Source of the DNA: Coriobacteriia bacterium
Lineage (GTDB): Bacteria > Actinomycetota > Coriobacteriia > Anaerosomatales > PALSA-660
DNA: 64,000 nucleotides
Assembly (NCBI GenBank): GCA_025361885.1
Contig: JANYJF010000008.1
Location: forward strand, 99,263-163,262
Reading direction: 5' to 3'
A program made the position numbers and the translations under genes. Each line of letters starts with the position of its first letter. The stretch's first letter is position 1. Shown here piece by piece: positions 38,442 through 45,588 of this stretch. The notes below the pieces were generated by a model. That model had not been told where the DNA came from and did no database searches. It saw nothing but the letters and a program-made list of their open reading frames with translations.

Positions 38442-39698
38442 ATGGCGAAGCTGACCCAGACACCCGGTGACGACGAGGCGCTACGTCCTTGGACGGGACG
38501 CGCCGTGCTGCACGTCGACATGGACGCCTTCTTCGCATCCGTGGAACAGCTCGACCATCCGGAATGGCGAGGGAAGCCGGTGATCGTGGGCGGGTCCGCG
38601 GACTCGCGCGGCGTGGTCTCGACCTGCTCCTACGAGGCGCGCGTGTTCGGCGTGCGGTCCGCGATGCCATCCGCCACGGCGCGCAGGCTGTGCCCCGGCG
38701 CCATCTGGGCGCGCGGCAGCTTCGACAGGTACCGGGAGGTGTCGCGACAGGTCTTCGACATCTTCCGCGACAACACCCCTGCCGTTCAGGCGGCGTCGAT
38801 CGACGAAGCGTACCTCGACGTCACGCCCGGACTTCACGGAGAGCACCCCGTGGCCATCGCAAGGGCCATACAGACCGAGGTCGCGGCGCTCGGCGTCACC
38901 TGTTCGGTGGGCCTGGCCAGCGTCAAGACCGTGGCGAAGATCGCGTCCGACCGGGACAAGCCGCGCGGTCTGACTGTGGTGTGGCCCGGCGAAGAGGCGG
39001 CCTTCCTGGCACCCCTGCCCGTCGGCGCGCTGCCCGGGATCGGCCCGAAGAGCGCGCAGCGGCTCATCTCGCTCGGTATTCGAACCTTGGGGGACCTCGC
39101 CGGACTCGACGACGCCACGGCCGTCCAGGTCATGGGATCTCACGGGCCGTCCGCCTCTCGCCGGGCACGAGGCGTCGACACGAGCGGCGTGCACGACCGC
39201 CAATCGGTCAAGTCGGTCTCCAACGAACGCACCTTCGCCTCGGACCTGCGCGCGACCGCCGAGGTCGAAGGCGTTGTGGGCGGTCTCGCCGAGCATGTGT
39301 CGAGCCGCCTGCGTTCCAAGGGGCTTGCCGGACGCACCGTGACGGTCAAGGTGCGATTCGCAGACTTCACGACGCGCACCGTGCAGCGCACCCTCGACCG
39401 TCCGGCGGACCTGCCGGACATCATCGCCGACACCGCGGTGGAGATCCTCCGTGGCGTGTGGAACCCCGGAGTCGGTGTGAGGCTTCTGGGCGTCGGCGTC
39501 TCCGGATTCGAGGATGGCGCCCTGCAGCTCGACCTGTTCGGGCAGGCGACGCCCGCCGAGGACGACCGGCGCCGCGCGGTCGCCAGAAGCGTGGACGCGG
39601 TCCGCGAGCGCTTCGGGGACGGAGCCGTGAGCATGGGCGCGAAGCGGATCCGTCCGCACAGGGTCGATGCGCCCAAGCCCTTTGGCGAGCAGGACTGA
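38442..39698 (+). CDS. dinB: DNA polymerase IV (Y-family, catalytic residues intact)
   Basis: LHVDMDAFFASVEQ and SIDEAYLDVT catalytic motifs. Start ATG 38442, 10 nt after TATCAT. Confidence 0.9.
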   Translation: MAKLTQTPGDDEALRPWTGRAVLHVDMDAFFASVEQLDHPEWRGKPVIVGGSADSRGVVSTCSYEARVFGVRSAMPSATARRLCPGAIWARGSFDRYREVSRQVFDIFRDNTPAVQAASIDEAYLDVTPGLHGEHPVAIARAIQTEVAALGVTCSVGLASVKTVAKIASDRDKPRGLTVVWPGEEAAFLAPLPVGALPGIGPKSAQRLISLGIRTLGDLAGLDDATAVQVMGSHGPSASRRARGVDTSGVHDRQSVKSVSNERTFASDLRATAEVEGVVGGLAEHVSSRLRSKGLAGRTVTVKVRFADFTTRTVQRTLDRPADLPDIIADTAVEILRGVWNPGVGVRLLGVGVSGFEDGALQLDLFGQATPAEDDRRRAVARSVDAVRERFGDGAVSMGAKRIRPHRVDAPKPFGEQD

Positions 39699-39707
39699 GT
39701 CCGGGCC

Positions 39708-42700
39708 TCACACGGTCGCGCTCGCGTCTTCCCACGACTCCTCCTCCGGCGCGCCCGCACCGGGTCGCTGCGGCCCCATCGACCCGAGCCCGACGCCACG
39801 CCGCAGCCGCACGGGCTCGCCCACGTCGGTGCGCACCACGTACGGCGACACCTTGTCCGCGATGATCGCGAGGCCACGCTCCGGGTTGTTCTGCAGGATG
39901 CCTTCGACCAGGTAGCAGCGATGGCGGACGATCGTCTCCCCCGCCCGCATGAGCGCGTCGGAGAACACGACGACGTCGAGCAGTCCCGTGGCATCCTCCA
40001 GCGTCAGGAAGCAGGTCCGCTTGCCGGACTTCGTCGGCGGCGTCTGCGCGCGCTCGCGCACGCCGACGACCCGCACGCGCATGCGGTCCGGCAACCGCGC
40101 CAGATCGCGGGCCAGCATCACCCGCCGTGCGTCGAGGTCCTTCGCGCACAGTTCGAGCGGATGACAGGTGATCGCCAGGCCCATGAGCTCCAGCTCGGCG
40201 CCCAGCCGTCTGGCCGGCGACCATCCCGACACGTGTCCCGTCGCGTCGCGCGCGCGGGCCCGCGCCGGCGCCAGCGCCAACGTCCGGTCTCCCGCCACCC
40301 CTTCCTTCGCGATAACAGCCTTGATCTCCGGCAGCAGCACGAGCATCTCGTCGCGCGTGGGCGGACGGGCGGCCTCGGTGGTGCCGAGCCCGTCGAGGGC
40401 GCCGACCCGGATCAGGCTGGCCACCGCGTCCACTTCGCCGCGCGTGCGCCGAAGCAGGTCCGCGAGGTCCTCGAAGGGCCGGACGGCCCTCTCCTTCTCG
40501 ATGCGTGCGAGCAGCCGGACGTTCATGTTCAGCAGCCCCTTGAGGCCCACGCGGATAGCGGCTCCATCCTTCTCCACCGTGCAGTCCGCGCCCGACGCGT
40601 TGACGTGCGGCGGCAGGATCGCGATGCCGTGATGCCGTGCGTCGTCGAGCACGAGGCGCGGCGAATAGAACCCCATCGGCTCGTTGTTGACGATGGCGGC
40701 GGCGAACTCGGCCGGGTAGTGGACCTTGAGCCACCCGCTCGCGTAACTGACCACGGCGAAGCATGCCGCGTGAGCCTTGTTGAAGCCGTACGCCGCGAAG
40801 CCCTGCAGCTGGCGGAACACCTCCTCAGCTACTTCGTGCGACGAGCCGAGCGCGCACGCCCTCTCCACAAAGCCCGCGTGCAGCTTCTCCATCTCCGCGC
40901 GGGAGCGGCCCTTGGTCATCGCACGGCGCAGCGAGTCGGCTTCGGCCAGGGTGAAGCCCGCTACCGCTTTGGCCACCTGCAACACCTGCTCCTGGTAGAC
41001 GATGACACCGTAGGTGTCGCGTAGCACGTGACCCATGCCGGGGTGCGGCACGACCACCGGCTCCATGCCATGCCTTCGCCTGATGAACGGGACGATCATC
41101 TCGGCCTCGAGCGGACCGGGCCGGAACAGCGAGATCGCCGCGATGATGTCGGTGAAGCGCGACGCCCGCAGGCGCGTGTTGAGGTTGCGCTGCCCGGAGC
41201 TCTCCAGCTGGAACATCCCGACCGTGTCCGCGGCGGCGATGGCGGCGTAGACGGCCGGGTCGTCGTGCGGCAGCTCGAACGGCTCGGGCACCGCGTCCTC
41301 CCCGACACGCGCCCTCGCCATCTCCACGGTCTCGGATATCGCTGAATGGATGCGAAGGCCCAAGATGTCCATCTTGACCAGTCCGAGCGCCTCGACGTCG
41401 TCCTTGTCGTACTGCGCGACGACCACGCCCTTGGCCGCCCACTGCAGCGGCGCCCACGTGTCGACCGGCTCGCGGGTTATCAGGAAGCCGCCGAGGTGCG
41501 TGCCGAGGTGCATCGGCGTGTGGTCGAGCTGCTCGGCGATCTCCAGGAGAAGCTCGTGCCCCGGCTCCTTCAAGGGATGGTGCTCGCACTCCGGATAGGT
41601 GGTCAGCACGTCTCGTATCTTGCGCGCGGAGACCCACGGCAGGTGGCGCGACAGCGCGTTGACCTCCTCCGGAGCATGTCCGAGCGCCTTGGCTGCCGTG
41701 CGCACCGCGCTCTTGGCAGTCATGGTGTTGACCGTTGCGATCATGGCCACGTGCTCGCTGCCGAACCGCTTGTAGATGAAGTCGATGACCTCGTCTCTGC
41801 GCGCGGAGTCGAAGTCCACGTCGATGTCGGGCATCTGGCGGCGGGCCGGGTTGAGGAACCGCTCGAAGAGCAGGTCGTGTTCGACGGGGTCGGCGTCGGT
41901 GATGCCCAGGACGTAGGTCACGATGCTGTCCCCGGCGCTGCCGCGGCCCGAGCAGCGGATGCCCCGCCCCTTCGCGAAGGTGACGATCTCCCGCACCGTC
42001 AGGAAGTACTCGGAGAAGCCGAGCTCCTCGATGACACCGAGTTCGTACTGCATGCGCCGCAGCGCCTCGGGGGTGACGGGACGGTAGCGCTCCTCGAGTC
42101 CACGCCACGCGAGTCCGGCGAGTGTCGAGTACGGCGTCTCGCCGCTTGGGACCTCGATGCTGGGGAAATGGAACGCTCCCAGACCGAGGTCCAGGTTGCA
42201 GCGCTCCGCTATCTCGAGAGTGGCGTCGCACGCGCCGGGGAGATTGGCGAACAGGCGACGCATCTCGGTGGCGGTCTTGAACGACAGCTCCGCGTTGGAC
42301 CGCAGCAGCGGTCCGGGGAGCGCTTCCCGCGCCCCGACCGAGGACAGCACGTCATGGATGCGGTGCTGCTCCCGCTCGACGTAGTGGATGTCGTTCGTGG
42401 CCACAAGCGGCACCCCGAGGCTCTCCGCGAGACCGGCCAGGCCTGCGATCAGGCGGGTCGAGTCCGCCGTGAGCTCGTGGACGGCCTCGATGTAGAAGTC
42501 GCCGGGCGAGAAGCAGGCCGCGAGCCGCCTCGCGGCCTCGCGGGCGCGCCACGGCTGGCCGGCTGCGACCGACGCCGCCACCTCGCCCCTCCCGCATCCC
42601 GACAGTCCGATGAGCCCTTCGCTACACCGTGCGAGGTCGCGCAGCAAGACCACCGAGCGTGCGGACCCCTCACCGTCCTCCGACTCCCGACGCAGGTGCG

Positions 42701-43079
42701 CGGCCGACAGCAGCCGGCACAGGTTGCGGTAGCCGTGGATGTCCCGCGCGAGCAGCGTGAGGTGGAATCCGGACGCCGACGCCCGCCCGAAGCCGCTCGG
42801 ATACGGCGCCATCAGCCGATCAGTGGGCGGCAGGTCGCACTCGGGCTCCGCGATCCCGCACGTCTCGACGACCACCTCCGCCCCGATGATCGGCTTGATG
42901 CCCGCCGCGATCGCCTTCTGGTAGAAGCGGATGGCGCCGTACAACCCTTGGTGGTCCGTGAGGGCGAGCGCAGGCATCCCGCATCGCTTCGCCTTGGCGA
43001 TCAGTCCGTCGAGCGACGACGCGCCGTCCATGAAGCTGAACGACGAGTGGACATGGAGATGGACGAACGAACCCGCCAC
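39708..43079 (-). CDS. dnaE2: error-prone DNA polymerase DnaE2 (Pol III alpha C-family)
   Basis: PHP N-terminus FVHLHVHSSFSFMDGASS is the DnaE2-type HxHSxFSF(L/M)DGAS signature. Lies downstream of a LexA box. Preferred start is GTG 43079, 8 nt after GGGGG and 17 nt after the upstream stop; the ORF extends to 43328. Confidence 0.85.
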   Translation of the reverse strand: MAGSFVHLHVHSSFSFMDGASSLDGLIAKAKRCGMPALALTDHQGLYGAIRFYQKAIAAGIKPIIGAEVVVETCGIAEPECDLPPTDRLMAPYPSGFGRASASGFHLTLLARDIHGYRNLCRLLSAAHLRRESEDGEGSARSVVLLRDLARCSEGLIGLSGCGRGEVAASVAAGQPWRAREAARRLAACFSPGDFYIEAVHELTADSTRLIAGLAGLAESLGVPLVATNDIHYVEREQHRIHDVLSSVGAREALPGPLLRSNAELSFKTATEMRRLFANLPGACDATLEIAERCNLDLGLGAFHFPSIEVPSGETPYSTLAGLAWRGLEERYRPVTPEALRRMQYELGVIEELGFSEYFLTVREIVTFAKGRGIRCSGRGSAGDSIVTYVLGITDADPVEHDLLFERFLNPARRQMPDIDVDFDSARRDEVIDFIYKRFGSEHVAMIATVNTMTAKSAVRTAAKALGHAPEEVNALSRHLPWVSARKIRDVLTTYPECEHHPLKEPGHELLLEIAEQLDHTPMHLGTHLGGFLITREPVDTWAPLQWAAKGVVVAQYDKDDVEALGLVKMDILGLRIHSAISETVEMARARVGEDAVPEPFELPHDDPAVYAAIAAADTVGMFQLESSGQRNLNTRLRASRFTDIIAAISLFRPGPLEAEMIVPFIRRRHGMEPVVVPHPGMGHVLRDTYGVIVYQEQVLQVAKAVAGFTLAEADSLRRAMTKGRSRAEMEKLHAGFVERACALGSSHEVAEEVFRQLQGFAAYGFNKAHAACFAVVSYASGWLKVHYPAEFAAAIVNNEPMGFYSPRLVLDDARHHGIAILPPHVNASGADCTVEKDGAAIRVGLKGLLNMNVRLLARIEKERAVRPFEDLADLLRRTRGEVDAVASLIRVGALDGLGTTEAARPPTRDEMLVLLPEIKAVIAKEGVAGDRTLALAPARARARDATGHVSGWSPARRLGAELELMGLAITCHPLELCAKDLDARRVMLARDLARLPDRMRVRVVGVRERAQTPPTKSGKRTCFLTLEDATGLLDVVVFSDALMRAGETIVRHRCYLVEGILQNNPERGLAIIADKVSPYVVRTDVGEPVRLRRGVGLGSMGPQRPGAGAPEEESWEDASATV

Positions 43080-43095
43080 GAGGTCAGCCCCCGCG

Positions 43096-43506
43096 CTAGT
43101 CCGCGATCCCGGTGAGCAACCACGTTCCGCCCAGCCGGTCGTACGCCAGATCGAACGTGCCTCCGCCTGCGAGTACGCGAAAGCAGCGGCGCGAGACATG
43201 TCGCGCACGGTCCCACCATGCCCGCTCCACCGTCCACTGTTGGACGACGGCCTCGACCAGGTACGTCCGTCCGCCATGGACGAACCCCAACGGCCGTCCC
43301 GAGTCGCCGTCCCACTCCACCGGCACAATGATCTCCGCGCGCTTGCCGGCGGAGGCGCCCGACGGCAGCTCCGAGGCGCGGCGCACCCATGGCGTGCCGA
43401 GCAGCTCGGCTATCACCGGGCGACGGCTCTGGACGGTGTCGAACAGCGTGATCGGCTGGCCGTCGGGGTGCGCGTCGAACCGTTTGATGGCGGCGTTGTG
43501 GCCCAT
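43096..43506 (-). CDS. small SOS-cassette protein (136 aa), C-terminal WW-containing domain resembling DUF6504
   Basis: Very strong GC3 bias. ATG 43506 is the only start downstream of the predicted TSS. C-terminus reads GFVHGGRTYLVEAVVQQWTVERAWWD...RRCFRVLAGGGTFDLAYDRLGGTWLLTGIAD. The family assignment is from memory only. Confidence 0.65.
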   Translation of the reverse strand: MGHNAAIKRFDAHPDGQPITLFDTVQSRRPVIAELLGTPWVRRASELPSGASAGKRAEIIVPVEWDGDSGRPLGFVHGGRTYLVEAVVQQWTVERAWWDRARHVSRRCFRVLAGGGTFDLAYDRLGGTWLLTGIAD

Positions 43507-43592
43507 ATGTTCCGGGAGCTTCCTTGTGTGGAGGGGACACGCGGGTCGCCAACGGCGTGATCCTCCTCGCCTGGTGCCCGACCCGCATCTCG

Positions 43593-43621
43593 AGTATATC
43601 GAACGTATGTTCGGTATACAA
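43593..43621 (-). promoter_or_regulatory. SOS promoter TTGTAT-17 nt-TATACT
   Basis: -35 at 43616-43621 and -10 at 43593-43598 (minus strand). The 17-nt spacer contains the LexA box. Confidence 0.55.
43600..43613. promoter_or_regulatory. LexA operator (Cheo/SOS box CGAAC-N4-GTTCG)
   Basis: Perfect palindrome CGAACGTATGTTCG inside the promoter spacer, upstream of the small protein and dnaE2. Confidence 0.75.
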
Positions 43622-43671
43622 CGCGACTCTGACACGCGGCGTACACGTTCGGGCGAACGGAACGGAAGGCG

Positions 43672-44328
43672 CTACTGAGCGTCGTCAGGATGCACGATCA
43701 CACGCGACGCAAGCTCGCGTCCGAGAGCGTGCGGCGAACCTGCGACTGCCACGAGCATGGCCCCGTCCATGGGCGCGATCTCAAGGATGTCCACGTGCGC
43801 ACCTGGGAACAGTCGCAGGGACGCAAGATGCGCGAGCAGCGTCTCATCGTCCTCGGCCACGCTCAGGATCGACGCCCCTGCTCCGGCGGGGACATCCGAC
43901 AGCGGCACGCCCTTGACTGATGCGATCTTCCCGTCCGACGACGGGATCGGGTGCCCGTGCGGACAGACCTCCGGATTGCTCAGGAACTCCTCAAGGGCGC
44001 TTTGGACCCGCGGCGAGAGCGCGTGTTCCAGCTTGCAGGCCTCCTCGTGGACCTCGTCCCACGGCAGTCCCAGGACGTCGACGAGCAGGCGCTCGGCGAG
44101 CCGATGGCGCCTGATGATGCTCAGCGCCTCGAGCCTTCCCTGGCTCGTGAGCGCGACGCCTCCGCCCGGACGCTCGACCAGACCCGCCGCCTCGAGCCTG
44201 CGAAGCGTCGCGGTCACCGTCGGTCCGGAAACCGACAAGGCCTCCGCGAGTTGCGTGGGACGGACCTCGCCGGACTCCGAGATCTTGTAGATCGTCTCCA
44301 GGTACTCTTCCAAGGTCTCGCTCGGCAT
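43672..44328 (-). CDS. DtxR/IdeR-family metal-dependent transcriptional regulator with C-terminal FeoA/SH3-like domain
   Basis: Start ATG 44328 (MPSETLEEYLETIYKISESG). HTH, the metal-site helix HEEACKLEH and a FeoA-like tail. Confidence 0.88.
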   Translation of the reverse strand: MPSETLEEYLETIYKISESGEVRPTQLAEALSVSGPTVTATLRRLEAAGLVERPGGGVALTSQGRLEALSIIRRHRLAERLLVDVLGLPWDEVHEEACKLEHALSPRVQSALEEFLSNPEVCPHGHPIPSSDGKIASVKGVPLSDVPAGAGASILSVAEDDETLLAHLASLRLFPGAHVDILEIAPMDGAMLVAVAGSPHALGRELASRVIVHPDDAQ

Positions 44329-44387
44329 GGCGGCTTCCCGTTGGCTCGGGGACTCGAGGGGATGCGCCGCACGACCGCGGCTCCACG

Positions 44388-44393
44388 AGTATA
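44388..44393 (-). promoter_or_regulatory. candidate -10 (TATACT) of the dtxR-family gene
   Basis: TATACT on the minus strand, about 60 nt upstream of ATG 44328. No convincing -35. Confidence 0.35.
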
Positions 44394-44515
44394 GCGCAGC
44401 GACATGCGCGGTCCGCCCAGCACGGCGACAAGAGGACGGACCCGGTTGGCAGGCCGGACGGCGCCGACAACAGCACACCCCGTCGACCCTCACTGCGAAG
44501 CCGCTCATCCGCCAC

Positions 44516-44548
44516 TTGCGACCTTGCATCGCAATTGCTGGCAATTGC
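44516..44548. promoter_or_regulatory. cluster of palindromes upstream of RNA unit A promoter (possible operator)
   Basis: TTGCGA-N7-TCGCAA (44516-44534), then GCAATTGC at 44531-44538 and again at 44541-44548. Ends 12 nt before the -35. Confidence 0.4.
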
Positions 44549-44559
44549 GGAATCCACCA

Positions 44560-44588
44560 TTGACCGGGCCTCCACAGACCCCTATCGT
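44560..44588 (+). promoter_or_regulatory. promoter of RNA unit A: TTGACC-17 nt-TATCGT
   Basis: -35 at 44560-44565 and -10 at 44583-44588. Same hexamers and spacing as unit B. Confidence 0.55.
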
Positions 44589-44595
44589 CGCACTT

Positions 44596-44767
44596 GTCCC
44601 GAGAAGTCGGACCGAGCGAGACTTGAAAACCGGAGTACCAGTAGCTGCCTCACCGGGCGGTGTGTGAAAGGGTCTAGTCGCGAGACGAGCCTGAGTACCG
44701 CTCCTTCGGAAGGGCGTGAAACGGGAAACCGGTTGCTAGAGTCCACGCAGGCGAGGTCTCTCGGGAC
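44596..44767 (+). ncRNA. unclassified structured RNA, tandem paralog A (172 nt core)
   Basis: Terminal helix GUCCCGAGA/UCUCGGGAC starts 7 nt after the -10. Internal hairpins include a GNRA-capped one (GUC-GCGA-GAC). Compensatory changes relative to unit B. No credible ORF. Confidence 0.6.
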
Positions 44768-44786
44768 ACCTCTTTGTCCCGGATCC

Positions 44787-44811
44787 GATGGGCTCGACTC
44801 CGGGCCCATTC
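44787..44811 (+). terminator. hairpin after RNA unit A (possible weak terminator)
   Basis: AUGGGC-N10-GCCCAU with no U-tract. Confidence 0.3.
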
Positions 44812-44921
44812 GGGGCGTCGGAACCGCTCGCCGCACGCGTTCCGGCTATCCGGCCCAACGCGCCATTCCGCCGCCCAATTCAGCCACTCGCCGCAAGCAT
44901 CAGCAATCTTCGAATCCGCTA

Positions 44922-44950
44922 TTGACCACGCTTCCGGGTACCTCTATCGT
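44922..44950 (+). promoter_or_regulatory. promoter of RNA unit B: TTGACC-17 nt-TATCGT
   Basis: -35 at 44922-44927 and -10 at 44945-44950. Confidence 0.55.
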
Positions 44951-44957
44951 CACAGTC

Positions 44958-45128
44958 GTCCCAAGAAGTCGGACCGAGCGAGACTTGAAAACCAGCGTAC
45001 CAGTAGCTGCCCCTCCGGGGTTCCGCGAAACGGTCAGGTCGCAAGGCAGGCCCTGAGTACCGGGTTCCGGGTGGGTGTGAAACGGGAAGCTGGCGAGTAG
45101 ATCCTCCGCAGGCGAGGTTTCTTGGGAC
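44958..45128 (+). ncRNA. unclassified structured RNA, tandem paralog B (171 nt core)
   Basis: Terminal helix GUCCCAAGAA/UUCUUGGGAC starts 7 nt after the -10. GNRA hairpin GUC-GCAA-GGC. Followed by a strong terminator. Confidence 0.6.
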
Positions 45129-45147
45129 ACTACTTTGTCTCGAGACA

Positions 45148-45189
45148 GGAGCGGGGCCCCGGCGGGGCCCCGCTCCTTCGCATTTTCAG
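45148..45189. terminator. GC-rich hairpin terminator (ends RNA unit B on plus; also lies just downstream of queD on minus)
   Basis: GGAGCGGGGCCCC-GGC-GGGGCCCCGCUCC followed on the plus strand by UUCGCAUUUUC. Confidence 0.6.
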
Positions 45190-45209
45190 ACAGGATCCCG
45201 GGCGTTCGC

Positions 45210-45575
45210 CTAGGGCCGATAGACCAATCGCGCGACCGGCGACTCCCACACAGCCACCTCACGGACGCGCACCTGCTCCCCCACGGTCTCCACGAGCCGC
45301 TCGAAGATGACACGGGCCAGGTTCTCCGCGGTCGGGGTGATGACGTCGAACGGTGGGACGTCGTTGATCAAGACGTGATCGTAGTTCGTGATGACTGCGG
45401 CAAGGTCGTCCTTCAGCTGCTTGAAGTCGTACACGATCCCGATATCGTCGAGCGTGGCCCCCACAACCGTCACCTCCACATCCCACGTGTGGCCGTGCAG
45501 GTTGCGACACTCGCCGGGATAGTCGCGCAGCGCATGCGCCGCGTCGAAATGGCCCTTCACAGTCAACTCGTACAC
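45210..45575 (-). CDS. queD: 6-carboxy-5,6,7,8-tetrahydropterin synthase
   Basis: YELTVKGHFDAAHALRDYPGECRNLHGHTW (Cx3HGH zinc motif). Start GTG 45575, 8 nt after GGGAG; the ORF extends to 45638. Confidence 0.85.
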   Translation of the reverse strand: MYELTVKGHFDAAHALRDYPGECRNLHGHTWDVEVTVVGATLDDIGIVYDFKQLKDDLAAVITNYDHVLINDVPPFDVITPTAENLARVIFERLVETVGEQVRVREVAVWESPVARLVYRP

Positions 45576-45588
45576 GAGCCAGCTCCCA

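Larger units (their letters stand above)
44526..45140. repeat. tandem duplication (two ~250-bp units, 362-bp period), each unit = promoter + structured RNA
   Basis: Unit 1 spans about 44526-44780 and unit 2 about 44897-45140. Long identical blocks are interrupted by divergent blocks. Confidence 0.85.

Noticed and set aside
38442-39698. Y-family polymerase as the missing ImuB of the dnaE2 cassette
   Set aside because: The catalytic carboxylates are intact (DMDAFF, SIDEAY), unlike ImuB. The gene is convergent, not co-operonic, and has no LexA box.
43646-43659. Palindrome CGTTCGGGCGAACG as a second LexA site
   Set aside because: The half-sites are in the inverted order (GTTCG...CGAAC) with the wrong spacing for a Cheo box. 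It lies 13 nt after the dtxR-family stop and is more likely a short terminator hairpin.
44716-44755. Resemblance of GUGAAACGGGAA(A/G)C(C/U)GG...(A/G)(U/G)(C/U)CC...CGCAGG to the cobalamin riboswitch core
   Set aside because: There is no B12 box (GCCACUG). The strand after GGGAA pairs with a distant 5' segment instead of forming the local P4 hairpin. There is no downstream gene to regulate.
44526-45140. Possible CRISPR array or mobile-element repeat
   Set aside because: Only two copies are present, with a 362-bp period and divergent internal blocks. There are no short direct repeats with spacers, and no cas, transposase or terminal inverted repeats.
44535-45313. ORFs of 84-173 aa covering the tandem RNA region (44535-45056 +, 44774-45100 +, 44582-44836 -, 44900-45313 -)
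   Set aside because: The two repeat units differ by indels that are not multiples of three, and by paired compensatory substitutions. There is no RBS or start context. The repeated peptide strings are simply a consequence of the DNA duplication.
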